A DNA stretch of 64,000 nucleotides. Origin: Rhynchobatus australiae. Lineage: Eukaryota. The DNA is taken from contig JAUZTB010000057.1 of NCBI GenBank assembly GCA_034780895.1, forward strand, positions 433,572 through 497,571, written 5' to 3'. Below are positions 37,422 through 50,739 of the stretch, in pieces. Position 1 is the first letter of the stretch. Each line of letters starts with the position of its first letter. Position numbers and translations under genes: made by a program. The notes under the pieces were generated by a model. It worked only from the letters and a program-made list of their open reading frames with translations. It was not told where the DNA came from and made no database searches.

Positions 37422-39272
37422 ATGCTGGACATATACAAAAGTGCTGAGGGAATTTTGTACGTGATCATTGCTGTCACTGGAGTTCCTGGTAAGTGCAAAG
37501 AGCAATTTAGGTTCTTTCATATTTGATTTAACCGTTGGTTACCGGTTTATGATCATATTACAACCTTCCGCATTGATGATCTTTATGGAAAATAGAGCAG
37601 CACAAAAATTTTCTTCGATGAATTCCCTGCACTTTTCACGACTTCGGACAACAAATAATTAAACTTTATTTTCCTCTAACTCTTGGATGCGCTGGAGTAT
37701 TGCCATTTTCTTCAGTGGGGCAAGTCCCAGAATTAGACCGGTGCTCGGGACAAGCGGCATTTCGGGCAAGTGTTACTGGGGAGAGTTATGTTGTGAATTG
37801 CACTGTTTCTGAGTTGTTAATCAGATTGAACACCTGGTCCTGTGGACACGTCTCACGATGGAGTCAGTTACAGTCGGATTCCATTGACCATTCGTCAAGT
37901 ATTTGGTCCAATCACCTGTACTGGTGGCCGCAGATCGACTAGCGAATGTCATGGAATTGAACTCACTCTGAATCTAATTCATTAACGGAGCTGCTCTGCT
38001 CCCTCTGCAAGCCTCTTCGGCCCCATCAGATGCTGACTTTACATAGCCCTGGTTAACCACTGCTAGTCACGGTTAATTCTGTGAAACTGAGACAGTAAGC
38101 AGGATTCATATCTAAAGGGCCATTCACTCTATTGCAACGGATGTCTGCACGTTTTCTCTCCGCCGTTCACCCCGTCTATCGCTTTAGCTCTTTATCCCTA
38201 AAGCAGACAGGCTGATCACCGTTGGGTCCGTGTCTAAATTTGTTGAACATGCAGCCACGCACCGTTTCCAACTCTTCCATTTCGAAACTGAAAGCCGAAT
38301 CCGCGTTCACACCCGAAGAACGTGTTAACTGATGCCCAGTGTCTGTTCTCTTCTCTATCTCCAGTGAATTTAGCGGTGATTGTGATCCTGTCCCTGGGAA
38401 AGTGCGGCCTCTCCACCTGCCCCACTCGCTACCTGGTGGCCATGGCAGCGGCGGATCTACTGGTTATTATCACGGAGGTTATTTTGTCTCGGATTAAATA
38501 CCATTACTTTTCATGGTGTTTCCTGAACATCACTGCTGTGTGCAGTGCTGTACTTGCACTGCGTCGGGCAGCATCGGACGGTTCTGTGTGGTTCACTGTC
38601 GCTTTCACCTTTGATCGATTTGTCGCCATTTGCAGCCAGAAACTGAAGACAAAATATTGCACCAAGGAAACTGCAGATGTGGTTCTAACAGCGACCGCCG
38701 TTCTGCTCTCTCTGAAAAACATTCCTTTCTACTTCACACAGGAAAGCGGAAAGATTGTTGACAATGTACCCTGGTTCTGTAGTCCGATGGACAGTTATTT
38801 CACTGACCCCCGGTGGGTGGCATTTGACTGGTTCGATGCGGTTTTAACTCCGTTGATACCTTTCGCTGTGATTATGATGCTCAACGCTCTGACAGTCAGG
38901 CACATTTTAGTGGCCAGTCGTGTCCGTAAGGGGCTCAGGGGTCAGAGAAAGGGGATGAACGGCAGTGACCCAGAGATGGAGAGCAGGATGAGGTCGGTGG
39001 TTTTACTTTTCACCCTCTCTGGTAGCTTCATCCTCCTGTGGATGCCGTTTGTTGCAGAATTCTTCTATTATCAGATCGCAGGAAATGGAACAGATCCGAA
39101 TGATTCTCATCTGATCTTTCACTTTGTAGGGTATTTATTGAGTAATTTCAGCTGCTGCACGAACACATTTATTTATGCGGTGACTCAGTCCAAGTTCAGG
39201 GAGCAGGTGAAGCACGCGTTGAAATATCCGGTCACATCAGTGCTTCAGTTCATCAGTAAAGCCGCGCCATGA
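37422..39272 (+). CDS. Intact two-exon GPR139/GPR142-like class A GPCR, 324 aa (exons 37422-37488 and 38365-39272)
   Basis: Exon 1 MLDIYKSAEGILYVIIAVTGVP with G|GTAAGT donor; acceptor 'ttctctatctccag|TGAAT'. 975 nt open frame with seven hydrophobic segments, YLVAMAAADLL, TFDRFVAIC, PWFC and SCCTNTFIY. Confidence 0.92.
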
Positions 39273-39389
39273 CTGAATCAATAGGCGGCCACACATTCTC
39301 TTGAGTGGGATTCTTCCGATGACATTCACGAACTGTTCATTCGGCTGTTAATTATGTGCGAATATTCCATTCCCGTGTCTCAAACCAGT

Positions 39390-40680
39390 TTCAAAAGATT
39401 GAACGTCGACAAATCTCTAGGGCCTGAAAAAGTAATCCAAGAGCACTGTGGAAGGTTAGAGACATAATTGCGGGAGCTCTGGTTGAGATACTTGCATTAC
39501 CGTTAGCCACATGCGACATGCCGGAAGACTGGGGGACAACGAATTTTGTGGTTTTCTGTAATAAGGTTGCAAAGGAAAACCTGGGGATAATAGGCCAGTG
39601 AGTCTACCAGCTGTGGTCGGTAATTTACTGGAGCGGATTCTGGGGGATTCAATCTAGATCATTGGAAACACAAGGATTGTTTGGAGAGAGTCAACACGAT
39701 TCTTATAACCCAAGTTCTCCTTTTGATCTTCATATACTTGCAGAACCTCTCAAGATTATTTTTCTCATGTTCTGCCAACGTCATGGCATGTGCTGTTGAG
39801 TGTAGTCTTACTCAATACTCAGGGGTTATCTTCATACCAGCTGCCTCTATCAGACGTATGCTTCCCTCTTTCACCTGACCAGTGCTTCAATATATCCACC
39901 AGAGTTCCTTAATCTGTCGAGCCTTGCCCTTCACTTTAATAACAACATGTTGTCCGTTCTCATATTATTTTCAAATCCTCCTATTTGCCAGACCTCTCTC
40001 AAGTCGTTGTCTAATGTTTTCAAAATTTGCCTTGCCCCAACTGAGGATTTGGATATATGGACTAGTCCTATCTTTTTTCTATACGTATTTTAACATTAAT
40101 ATAATTCTGATGAATGGTCCAAAAGTGCTCTCGCACTGACAGTTCGGCCACTTTTCCAGCCTCATTTCCCCAAAAAAGGCTGAGTATTGCGAATTCTGCA
40201 GTTGGGCCATCCACATACTGAGATAACCTAACTGGGAACATTTCATACATTGCTCCCCATTCAAACCTTTTGCACATGGCAGTCCCAGTCAATACGAGGG
40301 AAGCTGAAATCACGTACCGCTACAACTCTCTCATTCTCAGAGATGTCTGAGATCTCCTACATACCTGGTCTTCTAATTCCCGCTGACAATTGAGGGATCT
40401 TTAATACAATCCCATCAAAGTGATCACCTTCTTCTTAGTTCTCAGTTCCATCCATTTAGTGTCACTGGACGATCTCCAAGGGTTTTTTTCCCCTCAATTG
40501 CTGCTGCTGATGCTCCCCATCACGAAAAATTAACTTCACTTCCTCTCTTGCCTTCACTTATTTCATACCTGTTGCACCTATAGCTTGGGAGATTGAGCGA
40601 CATGTGATGCCACTCCCTCAATTATGTTTCCGTTATGGGTGTATTATCCCAGTACCGTGTAGCAATCCATTCCTGAGATC
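39390..40680. mobile_element. CR1 fragments (+ about 39390-39700, - about 39700-40680)
   Basis: 'ccggaagactgg...ggggataataggccagtgagtctacc' on +; APE-like remnants on -. Confidence 0.55.
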
Positions 40681-41999
40681 ATCCGCTCTCTTAGATGATC
40701 TTGTAGGTTGAGGGCAGAAGAGCAGAAACGATTGATGACGGGAGAGCAGACAGAGGAGAGGGTAGTGGAGTCAGAGATGAGGTGAGTAGAGGGTACGAGA
40801 CAAAGGGGAGAAGAGAGTAGAATGGGGAAGGGAGGGAATATTTACTTGTATTTTGTACTAATTTTGATTTGCATCCGCTAATTTTTATTTTGAGATTTTC
40901 ATTCAATTTATTGATATAATTAATTTGCTGTAATTAACTCTGTTTGTATCCAAAGCAGCACTGTGACTGAGTTCTTTACTCCCTGGGCTAAGCGCCTCTG
41001 CAGAACGCATCGGATTATGTTCCCAAGCCCCACAAGAATCGAGTCTTTTCATCTGGTGACCTCTTTTCCCGAGGGTCTGGTGCAGGCTGTCGTTTACAAC
41101 TTTGTACCCCGAGTAGAAACCACAAGGACATCGAACAGTAAAACAAACAATGTTTTGAATAAAGTTGATAAAGTTGAGGGGAGGTCTCTGTCACTCACAT
41201 CTTTCTGTATCTCATTCTGTCTCTTATTTCTCCCCTTCCCCTCTGTTTCCCTTCCCCCACCACAGCACCCTCTAATTTCCTGTCTCTGAGTTCCAGCTCC
41301 TTCTCACCTCAATCCAAGTGCCCCAGCCCCGAGTCAGACTGACTGAACATGGAACAGCAACTTCGGCCCACGATGTTTGTGCCAACCATGATGCTAATTC
41401 AAACGGCACAGTTGCCTACAGTGTACATCTGTCCCTTACCTACCTGTTCATGTGCCTGTCTAAATGACTCTCAAACATTGCTATCATATTTGCTACCATC
41501 ACTTTCACTGGAAGCACGTTCAAGACAATATCATTGTTTCTGTCAGAAGGTCTACCTTGTAAATCTCCGTTAAACTTCCCCATCTCCAGCTCGACCTATG
41601 ACCTTTGGTATTTGACATTTCCACCCTGATAAAACGATTCTGACGAAACGAGATCTATGCCTCTCTCGATGTTGTATATCGTATTTCTTTAACATCGACC
41701 GTCAGCCTCCAACAATCCAGGGAAAATAATCCAAATGTGTCCATCCGCTCTTCTGCACCTGCTGCAAAGCCCCAATACAATTTCTGTATTTGGGCGACAA
41801 GAATACGGAATACTCGGAAAGTGGACCTATTAATGTTTTATAGAGCTGCAATATTATTTCCTTATTTTTATATTCAACGCCCGAACAACTGGATGCACGT
41901 ATGCCTTCTTTACCACTCCATTGACGTGTGCTTCCACTTTCAAACAGCTATAGTCTCACACCCTAAAATCCCTCTGTTGGCGAATATCGTTGATCTCTC

Positions 42000-42755
42000 A
42001 ATAAATAGTGATTCGCCCGCGGACCTTCTGTTGATCCCCTATGAATAGTGAACCGTTGACCAGCTGTTATGGTGACCCTCTCCTGCTGACCCATGGAAAC
42101 AGTGAATCTCCTCCACTGAAGCCTTGTAATTATTACACTCTCGCGCTGACGTCCTGTAAACAGTAACCCTCTCTCGCTGACCCGCTGTAAATAGTGACTA
42201 TCCCGCGAACACCGTTGAAGTGACTACCAATCACACCCTATAAGTTGTGACGCTCTCCCGCTGAACCGCTGTAAATATTGACCCTCTCCCGCTGACTTGC
42301 AAAAGTTGACCTTCGCTCTCTATCTTCCTGTAAGTAGTGATCCTCTCCCACATAAATTTCTTCAAAGAGTGATCCTCTCCCACTGACGCCCTGTCAATAA
42401 TCATCATCTCCCAACACCCTCTCCCGCTGATTCTCGGAAAAAAACAAGTCTCTTACTCTGACCCTCTGTAAATATTGACGCTCTCCCGTCGACCCCCTGT
42501 AAATAGTGAACCTCTCACGCCGACCTCCTGCGAATCGTAACCATTTCCCACCAACCACTGTAAATAGGGACGCAGTCCCGCTGAGTCCCTGAAAATATTG
42601 ATGTCCTACCGCTGAATCCCTGGCAAGTGACCATCCCCCTTTGACCAGTAAATTGTCACCCTCGCTCTCCGTCTCCCTGTAAACAGTGACCCTCTCTCAC
42701 TGAGTTCCTGCAAATAGTGAACCTCTGCCACTGACTCCCTCTTTCGTTGAACCCC
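42000..42755. repeat. Degenerate minisatellite, unit about 30-40 bp (ctgtaaatagtgaccctctcccgctgacccc)
   Basis: Recurrent 'ctgtaaa.a.tgac.ctctcccgctga' units. Confidence 0.85.
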
Positions 42756-45700
42756 TGTAGCGAAGTGCCACGCACTGAGTTCAGATTGTAACACGAAGTC
42801 AGAGGTCTGAACTCGAGACTCGTTTATTGATTAGCTTTCCGCGCTAGCTTTTAAACCCGGTGAAAACCCGCCCTCTACAGGCGGAAGTGACGCCCACTGT
42901 ACGTCACCAACACTTCCCGCTTCCGAGCTCTCTCTCCTCTCTCGGAGAAGAGGTCCGCCGCCATTTTTCGGCCGGCCTTCCTGCAGACGCGCGCTCCGTT
43001 GCTGGAGCCGGTTCGCTTGACTCGAAGGTAGGTCGCAACATGACCCTCCCCCACAGAACCGGCGACACCCCTCCCAGAGTCCACAGGTTGGGGCAGTCGC
43101 TGTTTGGACGGTCTTCCTCTGTGCCGTGGGGCCTGAGCCTCGACTGTCTGTGACAATTCCACGTAGGCCGGTTTGAGACGGTCCACTGTGAACACTTCTT
43201 CACCCCCACCGCCCCCCCCCCCCCGATGTGCAGGACGTATGTGGTTGTTCCGTAGTATTTTGAATGGTCCCCCATACGGCCGCTGCAGAGGTTGCGGTGC
43301 GCTCCCCTTCCAATAAAAACAAGTTTACAGTTGCAGGTCCTTGGGTACACAGGTCGGGGTTTGTCCGTGTCGGGAAGTCGGTACGGGGGCCAGGTTGCCG
43401 AGCTTCTCGCGTAGTCTATCCAGGACAACCGAGGGTTCTTCCCCCGCCCCCTTTGGGCTGGTATGAACTCTCCTGGGACGATCAGGTGCGCGCCGTACAC
43501 CAGGTCGGCCGACGATATGTGTAGATTCTCTTTGGGTGCTGTGCGGATTCCCAGCAGGACCCAGGGGAGCTCGTCCACTTAGGCCCTTTCAGGTGGGCCA
43601 TGGGAGCCGACCAAGAGGCGGTGTAAGTGTTCCCCAGTCGGTTCGACTCTGGGTGGTAAGCGGTTGTATGGAGTAGACGTGCTCCCAACAGGCTGGCCAC
43701 GGCCGACCACGGGCTGGATGTGAACTGGGCACCTCTGTCGTTGGTAATTTGGACCGGTATTCCGATGTGTGCTATCCAGGTTGCGATCAGCGCTCGGGCG
43801 TAGGAATCGGCAGTGGTGTCAGTGAGCGGGGCCGCCTCTGGCCACCTTGTGAATCGGTCGACCATAGTTAGTAAGTACCTCGCTCTTCTCGACACAAGCA
43901 GGGACCCCAGAATGTCTGCATGAACGTGGTGGAACCTCTGGTGGGTTGGATCGAACTGCTGCAGCGGTGCTTTGGTGTGTGGCTACACCTTGGCTGCTTG
44001 GCACCGCACGCACGTTTGGGCCCACCCGCTGACCTGTTTGCGGAGCCCGTGCCACACGAACCTGCTGGAGACTATTAGAACGGTTGTCCTGATGGATGGG
44101 TGCACCAACCCGTGGATGGAGTTGAAGACTCGCCGCCGCCAGGCTGCCGGGACGATGAAGAGAGGCTGGACGATAGATATGTCGCAGAGGAGGGTCCGGC
44201 CACCTGGGTCTCCGAGGAAATCCTGCAGCTGCAAACCAGAGACGGCGATCGTACCTGGGCAACTCGTCGTCCGCCTGCTGCGCCTCCGATAGCGCGGCGT
44301 CGTCCACTCCCTGAGATGGGGCCTGGACAGCTCGTCTGGAGAGTGCGTCCGCCACGACATTGACCTTTCCCGAGACATGCTGGATGTCCTTGTGTATTAG
44401 GAGATGTCGGACATATAGCTGCTGACGGGCCGAGCAGGGATCGGAAGCCTTCGCGAAGGTCAATGGTTTGTGATCCGTGAATGCGGTGAACGGATTGCCC
44501 TCTAGAACGTACCGAAATGCCGGATTCTCAGGTTTGTGCCAGCAGCTCCCGCTGAAGCACCACACTTGAGTTCAGGCTGCCGCAGGTGCTTGCTGAAGAA
44601 CGCTAGGGGTTGCCAGCGCCCCTCGCTGAGTTGTTTCAGCACCCCACGCACTGCCGTGTTGGACACGTCCATTGTGAGGGCGGTTGGGACGTCCGTTCTG
44701 GGGTGCACAAGCATCGCACAGTTTTCCAAGTCTTCTTTGGCTTGAGCGAAAGCGGCCGTGGCCTCTTCGTCCCGAGTAATGTTCGTGCCTTTACCCGAGA
44801 TCAGGGTGAACCAAGGGCGCATGTCTTGTGCTGATGAGAGGAGGAAACGGCGGTAGAAGTTGACCAGACCCACGAATTCCTGCAAGCCTTTGACTGTGTT
44901 CAGCCGGGCGAAATGGCGGATCGCGTCTACCTTGGCGCGCAGGTGAGTTGTCCATTCTTTGGTAATTCTGTGTCCCAGGAAGTCAATGGTGTCGAGTCCG
45001 ATGGTTTATGTTGAGGCCGACGTCACTCAAGCGGGAGTAGAGCAGGCGGAGGTGGGACAGGCCTTCCTGGCGGTTGCGCGGGCTCTGAGGATGTCGTCTA
45101 AATAGATGAACGGAAAGTCTAAGTCCATTCTCCGGCCTCCATCAGTCGCTGGAACGTCTGTGCATCTGTGAAGAATTCTTCAGGCGAAAGCAATCCTGAG
45201 GAACTCAAACAGGCCGAACGGCATGATGAGCTCTGTCTTCAGGGTGTGCCGGGATTTGTTGGTATCCCCGGACGAGGTCCACTTTGGAAAAGATGCTCGC
45301 CCCGTGTAGGTTTGCTGTAAAGTCCTGTGTGTGCTGTAGAGGGTAGATATCTGCGGTTGTGGCCTTGTTCAACTGACAGTAGTCGCCGCACGGCCCCCAG
45401 CCCCCAGCTGCTTTGGGTGCCATGTGCAGTTTGGAATCCCATGGGCTGTCGGACCTCTGTACAATCCCCAACCCCTCCATACGTTTGAATTCCACATTCG
45501 CCGGCCGTAGCTTCTCCTGAGGAAGAAATCCCAGACGAACAAAAGGCTGTCTTGGCTGCCAGCCGCCGTAGCCATCAGTGGCGGCTGGTTTCGGCGTTTC
45601 CTGGGAACTCACAGGGCGGGCGACACCGTCGGGCTTCTGCGCCCCACCGCTGATGGTAGACACACCATTGAAGGTTGGGTCCCTCACTGCTGCCTCTTAG

Positions 45701-46603
45701 TTGCTCGCGCTCCGTTGCCGGGCCTGGTCTGGCCTGTCGCTAGGCATGTGGCTGGATGATCTGTACGATGGATGCCTCGGTCTCCCTCTTGGCCTTCCAC
45801 AGAACATCTGCCCGGGCCGACACCTTCCGGGGGCCACTGAAATCTGCATCGGCAAGTGGCAGATGTATGTTTTCAGGCGGCTGCTCCAGAAAGGCCTGCT
45901 CGCATATGAGGCAGGGCTTGTGTCCGTCAGCCAGGGCCCGCATTTCGTTCATTAGTGCGGAAGGTGGCCTGTCTCCGAAACCGTCCAGGTGCAGCAAGTC
46001 GGCGCCTCGCTCCCGCCGTGAGAGGCCGAAGGTGTGAATGAGCAGCGCTTTGAATGCTGCGTATTTTCCTTCCTCCGGTGACTACTGAATGAAGTCCTCG
46101 ACCTTGGCGGCTGTCTCCTGTCGAGGGAGCTCACCACGTAATAGTAGCGCGTGCAGTCGGAAGAAATCTGTCGAAACTGGAACTGAGTCTCTGCTTGATC
46201 AAACCACAGACGGGGCTGAGGCGTCCAGAAAGTTGGCTGTTTAAATGAAACTGCGTGAACAGCTGAGAGGTCGGTCATCTTTGGTCCAAATCCCGTTTGG
46301 ACCGTCGGTGTCACCAATGTAGCGAGGTGCTACGCTCTGAGCTAAGAATGAAACACGCAGTTGGAGGTCTGAACTCGAGACTGATTCATTCGAACCTCGC
46401 CACTCTGGCTTTTATGGAGTTAAGTTCCCGCGCTCGACGCGTGGCGATGACCTCAGAGATGTGCTAACCGAACCCCTTCCCACACGTGGGCGTTCTCCCT
46501 TCGCTGTTGAAGAAGGACCGGCGCCATTTTGCGGCGGGCCTGACTGCCGACGCCCGGGCAGACTTCGGAGCCGGCTCGTTTGCGTCGAAGGTCTGTCGCC
46601 ACA
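42756..46603 (-). mobile_element. Gypsy/Ty3 LTR retrotransposon, frameshifted, protease region deleted
   Basis: TGT...ACA LTRs at 42756-43040 and 46318-46603. Gag PTFWTPQPRLWFDQAE; RT DSPWDSKLHM...FSKVDLVRGYQQ; RNase H WQPLAFFSK; integrase H..VHP...C..CQ and LTMVDRFTRWPEA...DRGAQF. PBS 46303-46316 is 13/14 complementary to the tRNA-Trp 3' end; PPT near 43044-43052. Confidence 0.92.
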
Positions 46604-46799
46604 CAGTCAGACTGATTTCTTGCATAACTGGGGAACTAAGGGCTTTGGGAGAAAGGCAGGTGACTGCAGTACACGGCCAGATGAACTGTGATCTTATTGA
46701 ATGGGAGAGCAGACCTGACGGCCCTGTTGAATGGCAGACCAGGCTTGACGGCCATATGGACTCCCGTTGTTCCTGATTTTTTACATCTTTATGTCGATA

Positions 46800-47775
46800 T
46801 GGAGATAGAGGTCGAGAAAGAGATATAGTTAGAGATCGAGAGGTTAAAAAGGTGGGTGCGTTGTTTTGTAAAGTCTCAAACTACATGAAGATTGTGCTGT
46901 TGCTGAGAGTGCAGAGGATTGTGTGAGGGCATAACTGGATATTATCAGTTGTAGATGTACGTGGAGAGATGACAGATGAAGCTTAGTCCGGCTGAATGTG
47001 TGGTTTTCTACTTTGGGAGATCAAATATAAAGGGACAGTACATACTTAGTGGCAGGAGACTTAATATTGTTAACGTTCAGAGTGATCTTGTGGTTCAAGT
47101 CCATAGCTTCCTGAAATTGGCTGCACAAGTTTACTGAGCAATAAAGAAGGCTTATGGCATGCTTTCCTTCGGTAGTAGAGTCGGGAAGCTATGTTGCGGA
47201 CTTCTGCAACTCTGATTAGGCTGTATCCGGAGTATTGCATTCAATTCTGGTCGCTTCATTACAGAGGAATGTGGAGGCTTTAGGGAGGGCACAGAAAAAT
47301 TTTACCAAGACGCCGCCTGGCTGAGAGGGCCTGTGCTATGAGGAGAGACTGGAAAATCTGGAATTGTTTTCTCCAGAGCGGAGAATGCTAAGGGCATACC
47401 TGATAGAAATTTGTAAGATTATGAAGGGCAAAAGTAGAGGCAGCCGGTATATTTTCCACAGCCATTGCAAAGTATCTAAGTGCAAGAGGGCATGCATTTA
47501 AGGTGAGGGATTAAAATCAACGAAGACATGCGGGGCCAGTTCTTTTCAAAAGACTGTGGGTGTTTGGAGTGCGCTTCCAGGGGTGGCATTGGAATCAAAT
47601 ACGTTCACCTTTTAAATAGGTGCACGAATATGCAGTGAATTGAGAGATGTGGACGTGTCGGCAGAAGGGATTAGCTTAGTTAGGCTATTAATTGCCAGTT
47701 TAATATGATCGACACAACATAGTGGGCCGAAGGGCCTGCTCCTGTGATGTACTGTTCCATATTATAATTTCTATG
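46800..47775 (+). mobile_element. CR1 3' fragment
   Basis: 'gagtattgcattcaattctggtcgc' and tail 'gtgggccgaagggcctgctcctgtgatgtactgttc'. Confidence 0.8.
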
Positions 47776-48254
47776 ACGGTGAGCTTCATCTCTGAGAGCG
47801 CTAAAACTGTTTGAAGCTTCTTCCCCGAAAGCTGTCGATGCTGAGGAACTGAATGCTATCAAGACTGACAAATACTTGCACTTCACCGTACTCAAGAGTG
47901 CAGGAGGCAACTTCAGGAAAACGTATATCTGATGCTTGATTTATCAGCACTGATCAGATGTAGATCGTAAATTTCTAAGTAGCTGGCTGTGAGGTGCAGG
48001 TGCTTTTTTTTTTGCCAGACTACCAAAACAAGGTGAACCAAAAATCAGAATGTACGTTCTCGATTTTCTCCGGCACTGAAGTCCACAGAACAAAGACGAC
48101 TTCAGCAGGTTCGTATAATCTCAGATCTTTTCATCACCATAAGTCTTCAATGAAAATTGATGAACAAGACGCCTTGCACAAAATGGTTTAAGGGACATGA
48201 TCTTATAAGGAATGACTTGGGCAGAGAACAGATGAAAACAAAGCGAGAGGGTTA

Positions 48255-48503
48255 ACCCATAGAACAGAGAACAGTACAGCAAAATATAGGCCCTTCGGCC
48301 CACAATGTTGTGCCAAACTTTAAACCTCGCCTCAGACCATCTATCCCTTTCCTCCCACATATCGCTCGATTTTAAATTCCTTCATGTGTTTATTTAGTAA
48401 TCTCTTGGAAGTTGACCAATGTAACTGCCTCCACCACCGCCCCAGGCAACGCACTCCATGCCCCAAACATTCTCTGGGTAAAATATCTTCCTGATATCTC
48501 CGA
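48255..48503 (-). mobile_element. CR1 3' end
   Basis: 'catagaacagagaacagtacagc...ggcccttcggcccacaatgttgtgcc' is the reverse complement of the CR1 tail. Confidence 0.8.
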
Positions 48504-48504
48504 G

Positions 48505-49153
48505 TCGAATTAAATAAGTACTTTGGATCTGTCTTCACTGGCGAAGAGGTAAGAAGTCTCCTAGAGGTACTGATGGACAAAAGGCAGAGGGTGACAGAGG
48601 AACTGAAGTGGATTGACATTAGGAAAAAAATGGTGATGGATAGACTGATGGGACTGAAGACTGACAAATCCCCAGGTCCAGATGGGCTGCGTCCCAGGGT
48701 ACTAAAGAAGGTGGCTCTAGATATTGTGGATGCATTGATGATCATTTTCCTATGTTCCTTAGATTCGGGGTCAGTTCCTGAGGATTGGAGAATGGCAAAT
48801 GTTATCCCACTTTTTAAGAAAGGAGGGAGGGAGAAAACGGGGAACTATCGTCCAGTTAGCCTAACATCTGTGGTGGGGAAGATGCTAGAGTCCATTATTA
48901 AGGATGAAATAGCGGCATATTTGGATAGCAATGATAGGATTGGGTCGAGTCAACATGGATTTACCAAGGGCAAATCATGCTTGACTAATCTACTGGAGTT
49001 TTTTGAGGATGTAACCAGGAAAATAGACGAGGGAGATTCAGTGGATGTTGTGTACCTCGACTTTCAGAAGGCATTTGATAAGGTGCCGCACAGGAGATTG
49101 GTGGGTAAAATTAGGGCTCATGGAATTGGGGGGAGGGTATTAACATGGATAGA
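48505..49153 (+). mobile_element. Young CR1 RT segment, open reading frame up to the gap
   Basis: Uninterrupted DKSPGPDG...NYRPVSLTSVVGK...SQHGFTKGKSCLTNLLEFF...[11 protein letters not shown]. Confidence 0.93.
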
Positions 49154-49253
49154 NNNNNNNNNNNNNNNNNNNNNNNNNNNNNNNNNNNNNNNNNNNNNNN
49201 NNNNNNNNNNNNNNNNNNNNNNNNNNNNNNNNNNNNNNNNNNNNNNNNNNNNN

Positions 49254-49311
<58 letters not shown>

Positions 49312-49790
49312 CCAGTGCCTGCACACTGAGGCACTGTTGATACAGATCTGTGTCTGTACGGTGAGGTACTTTCGGTGTACATATCTGTGTCCTTACAGTG
49401 AGTTACTGTGCGTGTATACATCTGTGTCTGTATAGTGAGGTAATGTGGGTGAAAAGATTTCTGTCCCTGAAGTGTTGTTGTGCAGGTGCACACAGCTGTT
49501 TCATTGCAGTGAAGTTATGTGTGTGTCTAGAAATGTTACAGTGACATCCTGTGTGTATACAGAGCTGTGTCCATACAGGGTTTGACAGTTGGTGAATGGA
49601 AATATGTCCTTAGAGTGACGTACCATGGGTTTCTAGAACTATGCCCATACAGTGTGAGTGTGGGTGTGTCGAGCTTGTTCTTGCCATGAGTTACTGTGCC
49701 TGTACACATCGGTGACCTTACAGTGAGGTGACATGTGTGTCTTCAGCGTCTCTCTTCCATTAAGTTACTTCGTATATATTTTTGACCACG
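49254..49790. repeat. (TG)n followed by a degenerate TG-rich minisatellite of about 38 bp
   Basis: Recurrent 'tac(a)gtgaggt.actgtg...tacagatctgtgtc' units. Confidence 0.75.
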
Positions 49791-49807
49791 ACAATTTTTA
49801 TTGTAAG

Positions 49808-50070
49808 TGTGGTAACGCTTTGTGAACTAGGTTCAATCCCGGACACTGAAAGGAGTTTGTACGTTCTCCCCGTGTCTGTGTGGGTTTTCTCCGGGTGCTA
49901 CAGTTTCCTCCCACCTTCCAAAGATGTATGGATTAGGAAGTTGTGAGCATGCTGTGTTGGTGCCGGAAGCGTGGCAACACTTGAGGGCAGCCCCCAGAAC
50001 ACTCTACACAAAAGATGCATTTCACTGTGCGTTTCAATGTACATGTAACCAATGAAGATATCTTATTAAA
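49808..50070 (+). mobile_element. tRNA-derived V-domain (HE1-like) SINE
   Basis: B-box 'ggttcaatccc', then V-domain 'gagtttgtacgttctccccgtgtctgtgtgggttttctccgggtgctacagtttcctcccac'. Confidence 0.8.
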
Positions 50071-50739
50071 AATCCATTGGTCTGTTTAAGGCCCCAGTGC
50101 ACAGTAACTGGCACAATCAGTAACTGTGCCTGTCTGTTACAGTGCTGAAAAAAATATTAGCCCGGTGAAAATTACCTCCAATTTATTTTTCAGTGGTGTG
50201 TATCTCTCTGGGAACAAAAGACAACACCAGCTACCCCTTCCTGAAGATCTGCACAACGACAATGAAAATACATTCACTGATGACCCAACTGCAGGAATCC
50301 TCGTTGGCATTCCTTTTCCTTCTTGTAATGCAAATAGTGTTACAAATTGTGCTCGTCATACAAGTGTGAACCACATGCGGCAATGACATCACTGTGGCAC
50401 CGGGGCAAGGGAGAGGTACGAATGTACAAGGGCCTCATGGAGCTGTGACTAAGCACAACTTCAGCAATGGTAGGAAAAAACTGATGGTCCCCACCTGACC
50501 AGTGGTCTATAAACCATACAGTGGTGGTGAAATTCGACACAATACACCAGACCCCTTTGTGTCCATTGTAACTGTGAGGGAAGGGAAGGTGTCCTTGCAG
50601 TGAACTGCAGTGTAGAGAAAATTGTGCCTTTCCAGTGGGTTACTATGGGTGGAGAGATGTGTGTCCTCACAGTGAGGTGATTTGAATGTCATGACATGTT
50701 ACAGTATAGTATTGGGGGCTGATATTGATATCTCTGCTG

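Noticed and set aside
38322-39272. Single-exon 316-aa GPCR as given by the ORF track, and the symbol GPR139
   Set aside because: The track start is a non-ATG intronic codon and the true start is in exon 1. The protein is family-like, not demonstrably the GPR139 ortholog, so no symbol was assigned.
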